From: Candidatus Latescibacterota bacterium | Lineage (GTDB): Bacteria; Latescibacterota; UBA2968; UBA8231 | Length of the DNA stretch: 64,000 nt | Direction of reading: 5' to 3' | NCBI GenBank assembly: GCA_965215195.1 | Contig: CBDCDC010000002.1 | Span: 704,001 to 768,000 of the forward strand | Shown here: piece after piece, positions 9,229-18,318 of the stretch | Layout of the letters: each line of letters opens with the position of its first letter | Numbering within the stretch: the first letter of the stretch is position 1 | Notes under the pieces: generated by a model | Told to the model about the DNA's origin: nothing | Database searches by the model: none | The model's input: the letters and a program-made list of their open reading frames with translations, nothing else | Made by a program: the position numbers and the translations under genes

Positions 9229-9244
9229 TGCAAGGGCCGTGCCA
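9229..9244 (-). promoter_or_regulatory. sigma54 (-24/-12) promoter of pspA
   Basis: Minus strand TGGCACGGCCCTTGCA matches TGGCAC-N5-TTGCW, 50 bp upstream of the pspA ATG. Confidence 0.9.
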
Positions 9245-9321
9245 AAAGTGCCAGTACGCCCATAATTTATTACAGTCCATTGTGTTATAGACAAAACATA
9301 GATCGAATTATTACTTGTTAA

Positions 9322-9357
9322 TGGCCAGATTCGCCACTTAGATGGCGTCATTGGCCA
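9322..9357. promoter_or_regulatory. Two tandem TGGC-N7-GCCA palindromes (candidate upstream activator sites)
   Basis: TGGCCAGATTCGCCA (9322-9336) and TGGCGTCATTGGCCA (9343-9357), centres 21 bp apart, separated from the promoter by an AT-rich tract. Confidence 0.7.
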
Positions 9358-9409
9358 TTTTCACTCCGTTGATCACTTATTATAACAAATTTTCAAAAAG
9401 GATATTGCA

Positions 9410-10852
9410 ATGGCCAATCCATTGGTCTTGAGTGGCTTAGTTGTCTATCTCGCGGTGATGCTGGGCATTGGCCTATATGCTGGCCGCCGCGTCCGCAACT
9501 CAACCGACTTCATCGTCGCCGGCCAACGCCTGCCCCTGTTGCTCTGCACCGCAACCCTCGCTGCGACGTGGTTTGGCGGTGGAATCTGCATTGGCGCTGC
9601 AAGTGCTGCATACAAGGGCGGCATCCTCGCGGTCATTGCCGATCCTTTTGGCGCGGCTTTGTGCCTGTTCATCGCCGGCCTCTTTTACGTCCGGCTGATG
9701 CGGCGCATGGGCTTGATGACGATTGCATCCTTTTTTAGCCGCCGCTTCGGCCCGCGGGCGGGCTTGCTAGCCAGTCTTTGTACCATTCCCGCCTATGTTG
9801 GCTGGACCGGCTCGCTCTTGTTGGCCTTTGGGCGGATCCTGCAGAGCTTGACCGGCATAGAACCCGCTGTCGGCATCTGCGCAGCCGCAGCCATCGTGCT
9901 GATCTACACTTGGGCCGGCGGCATGTGGGCCGTCACGCTGACCGACTTCGTCCAAGTGACCGTCCTCGTGCTCGGGCTGTTTATTTTGACGCCGATTCTC
10001 CTCGGCGACATGGGCGGCTGGAAGGCCCTCGTCGCCCAAATCCCGGCCTCCCGCTTCGATTTCTATCCCCGAGGTGGCACGGCCAGTTGGTTGGCCTATG
10101 CGCGCGATTGGCTGGTCATCGGCCTTGGCAACCTAGCAGGCCAAGACCTAATCCAGCGCAGTCTTTCCAGCCGCGACGAAAAGGTGGCTTACCGCAGCGC
10201 CTACCTTGCTGGACTCCTTTATATAACGGTCGGGCTATTGCCCGTTTTTCTCGGCATGGCGGGTGCGGTCGTCTTCCCGGATTTGGCCGATCCCGATCTA
10301 GTTATGATGGCCCTAGCACTAGAGTACCTTCCGGATCTGGCCTTGATCCTCTTTATGGGTGCCCTCGTCTCGGCCCTCCTGTCCAGCGCCGACAGTGCTC
10401 TCCTCGCTCCAGCGAGCGTCATTGGCTGGGATCTCTTGCGTTACTTCAAACCTGCTGCCGAAGAGCGGTCGTCGCTGCGCGTGACGCGCTTGTCCGTCCT
10501 CTTCTTGGGCGCGGTATCGCTCCTGCTAGCTCTGCGGACCGCTTCGGTTTACGACTTGATGGTCAACTCTTGGTCCGTGCTCCTCGCCTCGCTATTCGTC
10601 CCGCTAACCGCTGGCTTGTGGTGGCCCAAGAGCAACGGCCCTGGGGCCCTAGCCTCCATAGGGGTCGGTCTGTGCGCTTGGCAGGTTCTGAGGATGCTCT
10701 CCGCGGATTTGCCAGCCGACCTTTTGGCCGTGCCCTTTTCCGCCCTCGCCTTAGTAATCGTCAGCTTACTAACCCAAAAAAAGGCTCCGCCGCAGCCCTT
10801 ACTCAATGCCGAGGGGCGCCCCCTAGCCTATAAAAACCGCTTGGGCATTTAA
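9410..10852 (+). CDS. Sodium:solute symporter family protein
   Basis: DFIVAGQ, ATWFGGG, YTWAGGMWAVTLTDFVQ, QDLIQR, SSADS; many TM helices. Confidence 0.93.
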   Translation: MANPLVLSGLVVYLAVMLGIGLYAGRRVRNSTDFIVAGQRLPLLLCTATLAATWFGGGICIGAASAAYKGGILAVIADPFGAALCLFIAGLFYVRLMRRMGLMTIASFFSRRFGPRAGLLASLCTIPAYVGWTGSLLLAFGRILQSLTGIEPAVGICAAAAIVLIYTWAGGMWAVTLTDFVQVTVLVLGLFILTPILLGDMGGWKALVAQIPASRFDFYPRGGTASWLAYARDWLVIGLGNLAGQDLIQRSLSSRDEKVAYRSAYLAGLLYITVGLLPVFLGMAGAVVFPDLADPDLVMMALALEYLPDLALILFMGALVSALLSSADSALLAPASVIGWDLLRYFKPAAEERSSLRVTRLSVLFLGAVSLLLALRTASVYDLMVNSWSVLLASLFVPLTAGLWWPKSNGPGALASIGVGLCAWQVLRMLSADLPADLLAVPFSALALVIVSLLTQKKAPPQPLLNAEGRPLAYKNRLGI

Positions 10853-10926
10853 TCCAAACGCGCTTGACAGACAGAAGCGCACGCTTAACTTGTTGACAAC
10901 CTACCACGACCCCCTTAAAGAGGAAC

Positions 10927-12342
10927 TTGACCATGAAGATGTACATTGCCGGAGAATGGGTTGACAAAGCCGAGACCATGGACGTCGTCAACCCCTATGA
11001 TGGCTCGGTCATCGACACCGTCCCGAGAGGCGACGCCGCAGACATTGAGCGCGCCATTGACTCGGCCGAGCGCGGTGCCAAGGTCATGGCCGCAATGAGT
11101 GCCTATGATCGCTACCAGATCATCCATCGAGCGGCCGATCTAATGCTAGAGCGGCTCGACGACCTAGGGCGCACGATTACCCTCGAAGAGGGCAAAGTGC
11201 TCGCCGAGGGCATAGGCGAGGCGTCCCGTGCCCAAGAGACCATCGTCCTCTCTGCCGAGGAAGCCAAGCGCCTGACTGGCGAAACGCTCGACCTGAGCGG
11301 AGCTTCTAACGGGGCGGGCAAATTCGGCTTTACGCTGCGGGTCCCCTGTGGCGTGGTGGCCGCTATTACGCCCTTTAACTTCCCGCTCAACCTCGTCTGC
11401 CACAAAGTGGGCCCTGCTCTGGCCGCCGGCAACGCAATTGTCGTCAAGCCTGCCAGCGACACCCCGCTTTCGGCACTCAAACTGACCGAGATTTTTCTCG
11501 ACGCGGGCCTGCCGGAGGAAGCCATTCAATGCGTCACGGGTTCGGGCGGCGTCATTGGCGATGCGATCAGTTCCAATCCCAAGGTCCGCAAAATCAGCTT
11601 CACGGGCAGCCGCGATGTCGGCGAACACATCTGTAAGGTCGCTGGCCTGAAGAAAGTGACCATGGAGCTAGGTTCCAACTCCCCGCTGATCGTCATGCCG
11701 GACGCCGATCTCGAAAAGGTCGCCGCCGCCACCGCCAATACCGGCTTTGCCAACGCTGGCCAAGTCTGCATCTCGACTCAGCGGGTATTCGCCAGCAGCG
11801 AGGTGTACGGGGATTTTATAGACGCCCTGAAACCCGAGGTCGAATCCCTGACGACCGGCAATCCCCTCGACGACAGCGTCAAGATGGGGCCTATGATCCG
11901 CGTCCAAGACGCCGAGCGCGTTGAGTCTTGGGTGCAGGAAGCCGTTGGGGCTGGAGCCAGCATCGTCACCGGCGGGACCCGCGAGGGCACGATGTACGCC
12001 CCGACCATCCTAGCCGATGTAGCACCGGAGATGAAAGTCTCCTGCGACGAGATTTTTGGCCCAGCACTCGGCATCAGCCGGATCGACGATATCGACCAAG
12101 CCATCGCCATGGCCAACGATACCAACTATGGTCTCAGCGCCGCAATTTTCACCGAGAATCTCAACTGGGCCCTTCAGTTTGCCCAGCAGGTGCAATCGGG
12201 CAACATTCACATCAACTGGGGCACTCAGTGGCGCGCCGATCTGATGCCCTATGGCGGCCTCAAGGAAAGCGGCATGGGCAAGGAGGGGCCCCGATACGCG
12301 GTCGAGGAAATGACCGAAACTAAGCTGGTCGTCATTCATTAA
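10927..12342 (+). CDS. Aldehyde dehydrogenase
   Basis: ITPFNFP, FTGS, ELGSNSP, GQVCIS, EIFGP, PYGGLKESG. Confidence 0.95.
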   Translation: MTMKMYIAGEWVDKAETMDVVNPYDGSVIDTVPRGDAADIERAIDSAERGAKVMAAMSAYDRYQIIHRAADLMLERLDDLGRTITLEEGKVLAEGIGEASRAQETIVLSAEEAKRLTGETLDLSGASNGAGKFGFTLRVPCGVVAAITPFNFPLNLVCHKVGPALAAGNAIVVKPASDTPLSALKLTEIFLDAGLPEEAIQCVTGSGGVIGDAISSNPKVRKISFTGSRDVGEHICKVAGLKKVTMELGSNSPLIVMPDADLEKVAAATANTGFANAGQVCISTQRVFASSEVYGDFIDALKPEVESLTTGNPLDDSVKMGPMIRVQDAERVESWVQEAVGAGASIVTGGTREGTMYAPTILADVAPEMKVSCDEIFGPALGISRIDDIDQAIAMANDTNYGLSAAIFTENLNWALQFAQQVQSGNIHINWGTQWRADLMPYGGLKESGMGKEGPRYAVEEMTETKLVVIH

Positions 12343-12354
12343 AAACCTCTGGCC

Positions 12355-12398
12355 AAAAAGGGGGGGACGCACCGGCTGGGGCCGGGCGTCCCCCTTTT
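12355..12398. terminator. Bidirectional intrinsic terminator between convergent ALDH and dat
   Basis: AAAAA-GGGGGGGACGC...GCGTCCCCCC-TTTT. Confidence 0.8.
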
Positions 12399-13256
12399 CT
12401 ATTTTGTATCCCTATCCAGCGACTCCAGAAACGCGGCGCGGATCTGCCGCGTAATCGAACCCGGTGTACCATCGCCGATAACGGCGGCATCGATTTTTAC
12501 CACCGGCATCGCCTCAAGCGTAGTACCGGCGATAAAAACCTCGTCGGCTTCCTTAAATTGGTCCAGTGTGCAAAACTCTTCGTCGATGAGTATGCCGAGC
12601 TTGCAAGCCAAACCGAGGAGAATTCCTCTGGTGATACTCGGCAGGATGTGGGGACCAATAGGCGCGGTACACAATCGCCCGGCCCGTACGCAGAAAGCAC
12701 TGGTCGAAGCTCCTTCGGTGACCCGGCCTTCCGCATCGACCAGCAGCGCCTCAAAGGCCCCTGCTTGCGCCGCCGACTGTTTGGCCAAAATGTTGGGCAG
12801 TAAGGCGATGCTCTTGATATCGCAGCACTTCCAGCGCAAGTCTTTGGTGCTAATGACCTCGACGCCGCGTGTATAGGCGTCCTGCGGCAGGCGACGCAAC
12901 TCCTTAAACGTCATTACGACGGTGGGCGCGACCGGGACAGCGGGAAACTCGTGCCGCCTTGGGGCGACCCCGCGCGTAACTTGGATATAGACTAAAGTCT
13001 CGCCAAAATCGCTCCGCTCGATGCCTTCCATCAGCTTGGCCCTAAGGCCATACTTGCGGATATCCAACGGCAAGTGCAGTGCTTCTAGGTTGCCCTGGAG
13101 GCGCACCAAGTGCGGCTCTAAGGCATAGGGGCACCCGCCGTAGGTGGCAACGACCTCATAGACCCCATCGGCGAACTGATAGCCCCGGTCCTCAATCGAC
13201 ACCATGGCTTGGGCCAGTGGACAGAAGCGGCCGTTGACATAGGCGACTTCGGGCAT
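12399..13256 (-). CDS. dat: D-amino-acid transaminase / class IV PLP aminotransferase
   Basis: EDRGYQFADGVYEV, YIQVTRG, DIKSIALL, EGAST, ILPSITR, ADEVF. Confidence 0.88.
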   Translation of the reverse strand: MPEVAYVNGRFCPLAQAMVSIEDRGYQFADGVYEVVATYGGCPYALEPHLVRLQGNLEALHLPLDIRKYGLRAKLMEGIERSDFGETLVYIQVTRGVAPRRHEFPAVPVAPTVVMTFKELRRLPQDAYTRGVEVISTKDLRWKCCDIKSIALLPNILAKQSAAQAGAFEALLVDAEGRVTEGASTSAFCVRAGRLCTAPIGPHILPSITRGILLGLACKLGILIDEEFCTLDQFKEADEVFIAGTTLEAMPVVKIDAAVIGDGTPGSITRQIRAAFLESLDRDTK

Positions 13257-13266
13257 CGCCCCCTCG

Positions 13267-14031
13267 CTAGCGTTTGGCGAGGGCCTGCCACAGGGCCCGA
13301 TAATAGCGCATCAGGCGCAGAGGCTCTGAGCTTTCGGGGATTTCGGCGAGGCAATAACCTGCGTACCCGCTCTGTCGCAGCAGGGCAAAGAGCCGCTCCC
13401 AAGGGTAATCGCTCCACAACTCGGTAATGTGGACCAAGGCCATGGCGTCCTGCAAGGAGGCGAAACTGCCGTCGATGGAGCCGTCGACTAGGTCCGTGGC
13501 ATTGGAATTCCAACAGACGAAGACATTGTCGTGGTCGGCGTAGTCGATGATCTTGCGGATGTTGGCTGGATCCGAGGTCGTGCGGCCGTGGACCTCCAAG
13601 CGAATCTGCACCCCTAGGTCGCGGGCAAATTCGCCGCACTCGCGCAAGCTGACGCCGATCTGCTCCAAGGTCTGCTCAATGGGGATCCCCTCATCTACGT
13701 GGACGTTGTTGGGACGCACCTTGACGCCGCCGACTCCGAGATCGCGGGCCAAGCGCACGTATTCTTTAGTCCCGTCAATGTGACTTCGCAGCACCAGCGG
13801 ATCGACGGCGTCGTATTCAAAGGCACTGCCCAATCCTACCAGTTCGACCGCCGAGTCGGCAAAGCGCCTCTTGACCTCGGCCCGCTCAGCCGAGCTGAGC
13901 GCCACTTCGACTCCGTGGGCATGCGTGGTCCGCAGTTCAACTCCGGCAAAGCCGGTCTCTTCGCAATGGGCAATCAGCGTCTCTAAATCCCAATCGCGGC
14001 CCAAGTTGTAGGTCACCATACCGAGCTTCAC
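13267..14031 (-). CDS. Sugar phosphate isomerase/epimerase (TIM barrel)
   Basis: GFAGVELRT, IRLEVHG, WNSN, VHITE. Start set at the GTG overlapping the upstream TGA. Confidence 0.85.
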   Translation of the reverse strand: MKLGMVTYNLGRDWDLETLIAHCEETGFAGVELRTTHAHGVEVALSSAERAEVKRRFADSAVELVGLGSAFEYDAVDPLVLRSHIDGTKEYVRLARDLGVGGVKVRPNNVHVDEGIPIEQTLEQIGVSLRECGEFARDLGVQIRLEVHGRTTSDPANIRKIIDYADHDNVFVCWNSNATDLVDGSIDGSFASLQDAMALVHITELWSDYPWERLFALLRQSGYAGYCLAEIPESSEPLRLMRYYRALWQALAKR

Positions 14032-15383
14032 GTTGCATTCCTCCCCGTTTGATCGCCGGCAAAGAGCTCCCGGCGAAAGAGTGCCTTTTGTTGTTGGAGA
14101 TATTCGCCCTTGCTCATGTTGGGCGCATGGGTTTGCAGGATGCCCCGGGCCGCAGACGCATCGCCGTACAGCAGATCGATGGCCATCATGGCCAAGACCT
14201 TGGCCGGGGCGAGGTACCCAGCGGCAGGATCGGCAATCCTCCAATCGGGTCCGTGGATTGCGCCGCTAGCTCCGGTCATGGCCGGGTGCAGCACGGGCAT
14301 GATCTGACTGAGGTCGCCAGCGTCGGTGGAGCCGCCGCCGTGCGGGTAATCCCGGTACTGATCGGGGCCGAAAATCCGCGCGGCGTTGCTCTTAAAAAGC
14401 TGCCCTAAGTCGGGGTCATTGCACAGGGGCAGGTATCCGGGCACGGTTTCGATTTCAACCGAACAGCCGAGGGCGACTGCTGCGCCCCGCAGCGCCCGAT
14501 CAACCTTGTATGACGCATCGAGCATGGCCTCAGAGGTGCGGGCGCGGACGTAGGTTTCCAGCCGCACCTCGGCCGGGATGATATTGACCAGATCGCCCCC
14601 TTTCGTGATGATCGGATGCACCCGTACGCAGTCCTCGTCGCGGAAAGTCTCGCGCTGGGCGTCAATCGCGCTGAGGGCGAGCGTCGCCGCGCTGAGCGCG
14701 TTGACGCCCTTGTCCGGCGCACCCCCGGCGTGGGCGGCCCGGCCAATGAAACGCACGTTCTTGGCCAAGAAGCCATTGGACGAACAGGCGATGCCCACCG
14801 CACCCTCGGTTTGGACCGAACTGCTGGTGTGGATCATCACGGCCATATCTACGTCGTCGAAGTGACCCAACTCGACCAGCTCGGGCTTGCCCCCTAAAAA
14901 CGCGATCTTGCCTTCCTCGACAAGTCCTAAGCGGTAGTCTATCTCGACGTACTCTTCTGCGGGCACGGCGAAAAACGCAATTTCCCCGGCCAGCTCCTCG
15001 GCGACGCCGGCCTCTACAAGCCCATAGGCGGCCCCTACCATCCCGGCGATCTGGGCATTGTGGCCACAGGCGTGTGCCGCCCCGGTCGCCGGGTCGGCGC
15101 GCGGATGATCGGGCACGATGAGCGCGTCAAGCTCGCCCATCAGCGCCACAATCGGCCCGGATTGCCGCCCTTTGAGCCGAGCCTTCACGCCAGTCAGCGC
15201 CAGTTCCCGCTCGTACTGCAACCCGAGATCGGCAAAACTTTCGCAGACGCGGCAGGCTGTCTGATCCTCCTTAAAGCCCAATTCGGGTTGGTCCATAATG
15301 GCTTCTCCCAGCCCGATGATCTGTTCGCTCTGCCGATCAATGGCCGCGCAGACTGCGGCCTTTAATTCCTCTTTGCTCCGCAT
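14028..15383 (-). CDS. M20 family amidohydrolase
   Basis: PELGFKE, GELDAL, HACGH, VPAEE, GRAAHAG, GSTD. ATG 15383 is supported by the upstream promoter. Confidence 0.9.
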   Translation of the reverse strand: MRSKEELKAAVCAAIDRQSEQIIGLGEAIMDQPELGFKEDQTACRVCESFADLGLQYERELALTGVKARLKGRQSGPIVALMGELDALIVPDHPRADPATGAAHACGHNAQIAGMVGAAYGLVEAGVAEELAGEIAFFAVPAEEYVEIDYRLGLVEEGKIAFLGGKPELVELGHFDDVDMAVMIHTSSSVQTEGAVGIACSSNGFLAKNVRFIGRAAHAGGAPDKGVNALSAATLALSAIDAQRETFRDEDCVRVHPIITKGGDLVNIIPAEVRLETYVRARTSEAMLDASYKVDRALRGAAVALGCSVEIETVPGYLPLCNDPDLGQLFKSNAARIFGPDQYRDYPHGGGSTDAGDLSQIMPVLHPAMTGASGAIHGPDWRIADPAAGYLAPAKVLAMMAIDLLYGDASAARGILQTHAPNMSKGEYLQQQKALFRRELFAGDQTGRNAT

Positions 15384-15408
15384 AAATCTCCGTCTTTTTA
15401 GGTCGGCC

Positions 15409-15437
15409 AGTATAGCGGACTTCCATGGGGTTGTCAA
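15409..15437 (-). promoter_or_regulatory. sigma70-type promoter of the amidohydrolase operon
   Basis: Minus strand TTGACA-17 nt-TATACT. Confidence 0.75.
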
Positions 15438-15529
15438 GCAATTCTCCGGCTTGCGCAGGTCTAGCGCACCCCTTAGTTTTTTTACAACGCGACCTTTGCC
15501 CGGCCCCAAACTCGCCCAGAGCCACTGCA

Positions 15530-15898
15530 TTGTACAAAATTCTGATCATCGACCGCAATGCCATATTCGGCGCCACCCTCGCCGGGCTGCTCGAGCGGGC
15601 CGGTTGTCAGGTCAAAGTCGCCAATCAACTGGCCGATGGACTCGACCATTACCTACTCAACGCCCCCGACTTAGTCCTCCTCGGCGTCGAGGTTGACGAC
15701 CCTACCCCTTTTGTCTCAGCGAGTCGCTTGCTCGACAGCACTAAGGTCATCGCCTTCCTGCCGCGCCAAAGGCGCTCATCCGACGACCTGCAGGAGGTGC
15801 TACAAGCCCTCAAGGGCTGCCCCATTTTTTACAAGCCCTTTCGCACCGAGGACGTCCTCGCCGCCATCGCCGCAGAATTAGTGCCGCACGAGACCTAA
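15530..15898 (+). CDS. Stand-alone receiver-domain protein (atypical)
   Basis: KILIIDRN...PDLVLLG...FYKPF; TTG start assumed. Confidence 0.7.
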   Translation: MYKILIIDRNAIFGATLAGLLERAGCQVKVANQLADGLDHYLLNAPDLVLLGVEVDDPTPFVSASRLLDSTKVIAFLPRQRRSSDDLQEVLQALKGCPIFYKPFRTEDVLAAIAAELVPHET

Positions 15899-15901
15899 GC
15901 C

Positions 15902-16879
15902 TCAGCCGTGCGGCAACACCCCGATGTCCTCGCCGCGCTGATAGCTAAGCGCATCGACGATCATCCGCACGATGTCGCAACTGGGGCTGAATCCTAAGTA
16001 TTCCTCGGCCTTGCGCAGGTTGAATTCGTAAAAGGTGGGAGTGGCCTTTACAGCCGCTTCGACGTGGGGCATGTTGCGCAATTCGGCGAGCCGGTAACTA
16101 ACCTCGTCCCAAGTGAAAGGGCGCGGCCCAGCTAGCTGGAAGGTCTCGCCCAACGCCCTTTCTTTACCCAAGGCGCAGAGGCAGCCATGCACGATGTCGC
16201 GCACATCGGCGATGTGCTTTTTGAAGGGACGGTCGCGCTGGTCTTTTAGCAGTACCGCGCACTCCTCGCCCTGCCACAGAGCGGCCAGTTCCGGGTGCAT
16301 CTCCTTCATCTTGCTCAGGTAGAACTGCGGGAACTGCAAAATTTCGTCGGCCGCCCAAACCATGGCAAAACGCAGGATCGTCGTCGGCACTTGGTAGCCC
16401 TGCCAGTAGCCGTTGCACAATTCCTCGCCTAACGCCTTAGTCAAGGCATACGCTCCCTTGGGCACGCGCGGCGTCTGTTCGTCAATGGGCGCACTCATGC
16501 CGCCGGGGACGTACTTGTCGTAGAGCGCGTCCGAGCTGGCGAACAGGAATTGACCCACCTCCTTCTCTCGGCGCACGGCTTCCAACATGTTGAAGGTGCC
16601 GCGCACGTTGATCTCAAAGAACTCCTCGTCGGTAAAGGGGCCACCGCCCTGAAAGGCCGCTCCCAAGTGATAGACGGCCTCAACCCCCGCGACCGCCTGC
16701 TCGACTGCGGCCGGCTCGGTCAAACTCCCCTCGACGAGTTCGACCTGCATCTTCTCGAGGTTTTCCACTCGCGGATCTCGGGGCCAGACCAACCCGCGCA
16801 GATGGTGCCCGCGCTCGACGAGCTGTTTGGCCAAGTTGGCACCAATGCGGCCGGTAATGCCAGTAATCAATATCCTCAC
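15902..16879 (-). CDS. NAD-dependent epimerase/dehydratase (extended SDR)
   Basis: ITGITGRIG, NVRGT, ASS, YALTK. Confidence 0.92.
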   Translation of the reverse strand: MRILITGITGRIGANLAKQLVERGHHLRGLVWPRDPRVENLEKMQVELVEGSLTEPAAVEQAVAGVEAVYHLGAAFQGGGPFTDEEFFEINVRGTFNMLEAVRREKEVGQFLFASSDALYDKYVPGGMSAPIDEQTPRVPKGAYALTKALGEELCNGYWQGYQVPTTILRFAMVWAADEILQFPQFYLSKMKEMHPELAALWQGEECAVLLKDQRDRPFKKHIADVRDIVHGCLCALGKERALGETFQLAGPRPFTWDEVSYRLAELRNMPHVEAAVKATPTFYEFNLRKAEEYLGFSPSCDIVRMIVDALSYQRGEDIGVLPHG

Positions 16880-17037
16880 GCAAACCTTCCAGTTGAATTG
16901 CCCACAACAAACCGCACTGCACCGCCGCTGGCAACCCCAACGCAGTGAGAAAGAAGGCTGGAAAAGATGACGGCCTGTTTTATATTTAAGAATAGCACTG
17001 CTCGGGTTGGTCTTTGGCTTGACGCCTCACAACGAAG

Positions 17038-18318
17038 ATGTCACCTGCTCAACTTCGCATTCTGGTCCCCCTCGAAAACCCGCACCAAGAGCACAATCTC
17101 GTCGACTTGGCTGCGACCTTGGCCCCTTCGCCTTGGGGCGAGCTGCACTTGACCCACATCCTGACGCCCGACGCTGCGCCCCTGTCCGACATAAAACAGG
17201 CACTCCAAGTTTTGGCCGACCAGGCTATGGCCCACGACATCGGTGCTATCGCGCATTTGGAAAAAGACGAGGACGTGACGAGCGGAATTCAGCGGGCCGT
17301 TCGCCGCTGGAGCTGCAACATGATGCTCATGGCCTGGAAAGCCAATGTCGAGCGCGATGCGATCCTATCCGCACCCAATCGCGCCCTGACCAAGGCCATC
17401 GACGTGGACACCTTGATTTTTAAGGAAAAGAAAAGCGGGCCGGTGCGCCGGATTCTCGTGCCCTTCGGCGGCGGCAATCACGCGCTGGTGGGCGTGCAAA
17501 TCGCCTACGATCTGGCCCAGACTTGGGGCGCTGAACTGGAAATTCTCCGCATCGTCCGCGACACCCGCGATCCCTCCGACCCAATCCTCCAGCGCTACTG
17601 TTCGCAGCTAGCCACAGATACGCGCTTGCAGCTAGATCTGCTAAAGATCGACGCACCTTTGACTATGGTCCCAGCCGTCGATGTAGTCCCGGCCATCGTC
17701 GCAAGGGCGCAAGACCACGATTTGATCGTACTCGGCGCCTCAAACGACTGGCGCCAAGAGGAACACCTCGCCGGCTCCATCCCAGACGGGATTGCCTATC
17801 AGGTGCCTTGTTCGGTGCTCATGGTTCGCTCGGCCGCGGCCAACGATTTGCAGCTAAGTCGCATTTTCTGGGAGCACACCATCCGCTTGGACCTCGCCCC
17901 CAAAGACAAGTGGGACGCCATTGCCCAGATGGTTGATGCGTTAATAGAAGAAAAGCAAATCCCCGCCAGCGAACGCCACACCGTGCTCGAGGCCGCGCTC
18001 GACCGCGAGCGCAAAGGCTCAACCTCGTTGGGACACGGCACCGCCATTCCCCATGCGCCCATCCCCGATCTAGACGGGATCATCGGCTGCTTGGGGATTT
18101 GCCGGCAGGGCATCAACTTTGAAGGCCCTACCCCCGAGCCGGTACACTTCATTTTTCTGCTGTTGACCCCGGAACAAAACTACCGCAGCTACATCCCAAT
18201 CCTCGCCCAGATCGCAACCCTGATGCACGCCGACACCACCCACCGCGACATGCTCGCCTCGCAGACGCCGGCGGAAATAACCGCCGTCCTCAAGCGCCTG
18301 CCGCAACGGCGCCGCTAA
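17038..18318 (+). CDS. Tandem universal-stress (USP) domains fused to a PTS EIIA (Fru/Ntr-type) domain
   Basis: RILVPL..., RILVPFGGG...DLIVLGAS...GSIPD...CSVLMVR, then LDRERKGSTSLGHGTAIPHA and PVHFIFLLL. Confidence 0.85.
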   Translation: MSPAQLRILVPLENPHQEHNLVDLAATLAPSPWGELHLTHILTPDAAPLSDIKQALQVLADQAMAHDIGAIAHLEKDEDVTSGIQRAVRRWSCNMMLMAWKANVERDAILSAPNRALTKAIDVDTLIFKEKKSGPVRRILVPFGGGNHALVGVQIAYDLAQTWGAELEILRIVRDTRDPSDPILQRYCSQLATDTRLQLDLLKIDAPLTMVPAVDVVPAIVARAQDHDLIVLGASNDWRQEEHLAGSIPDGIAYQVPCSVLMVRSAAANDLQLSRIFWEHTIRLDLAPKDKWDAIAQMVDALIEEKQIPASERHTVLEAALDRERKGSTSLGHGTAIPHAPIPDLDGIIGCLGICRQGINFEGPTPEPVHFIFLLLTPEQNYRSYIPILAQIATLMHADTTHRDMLASQTPAEITAVLKRLPQRRR

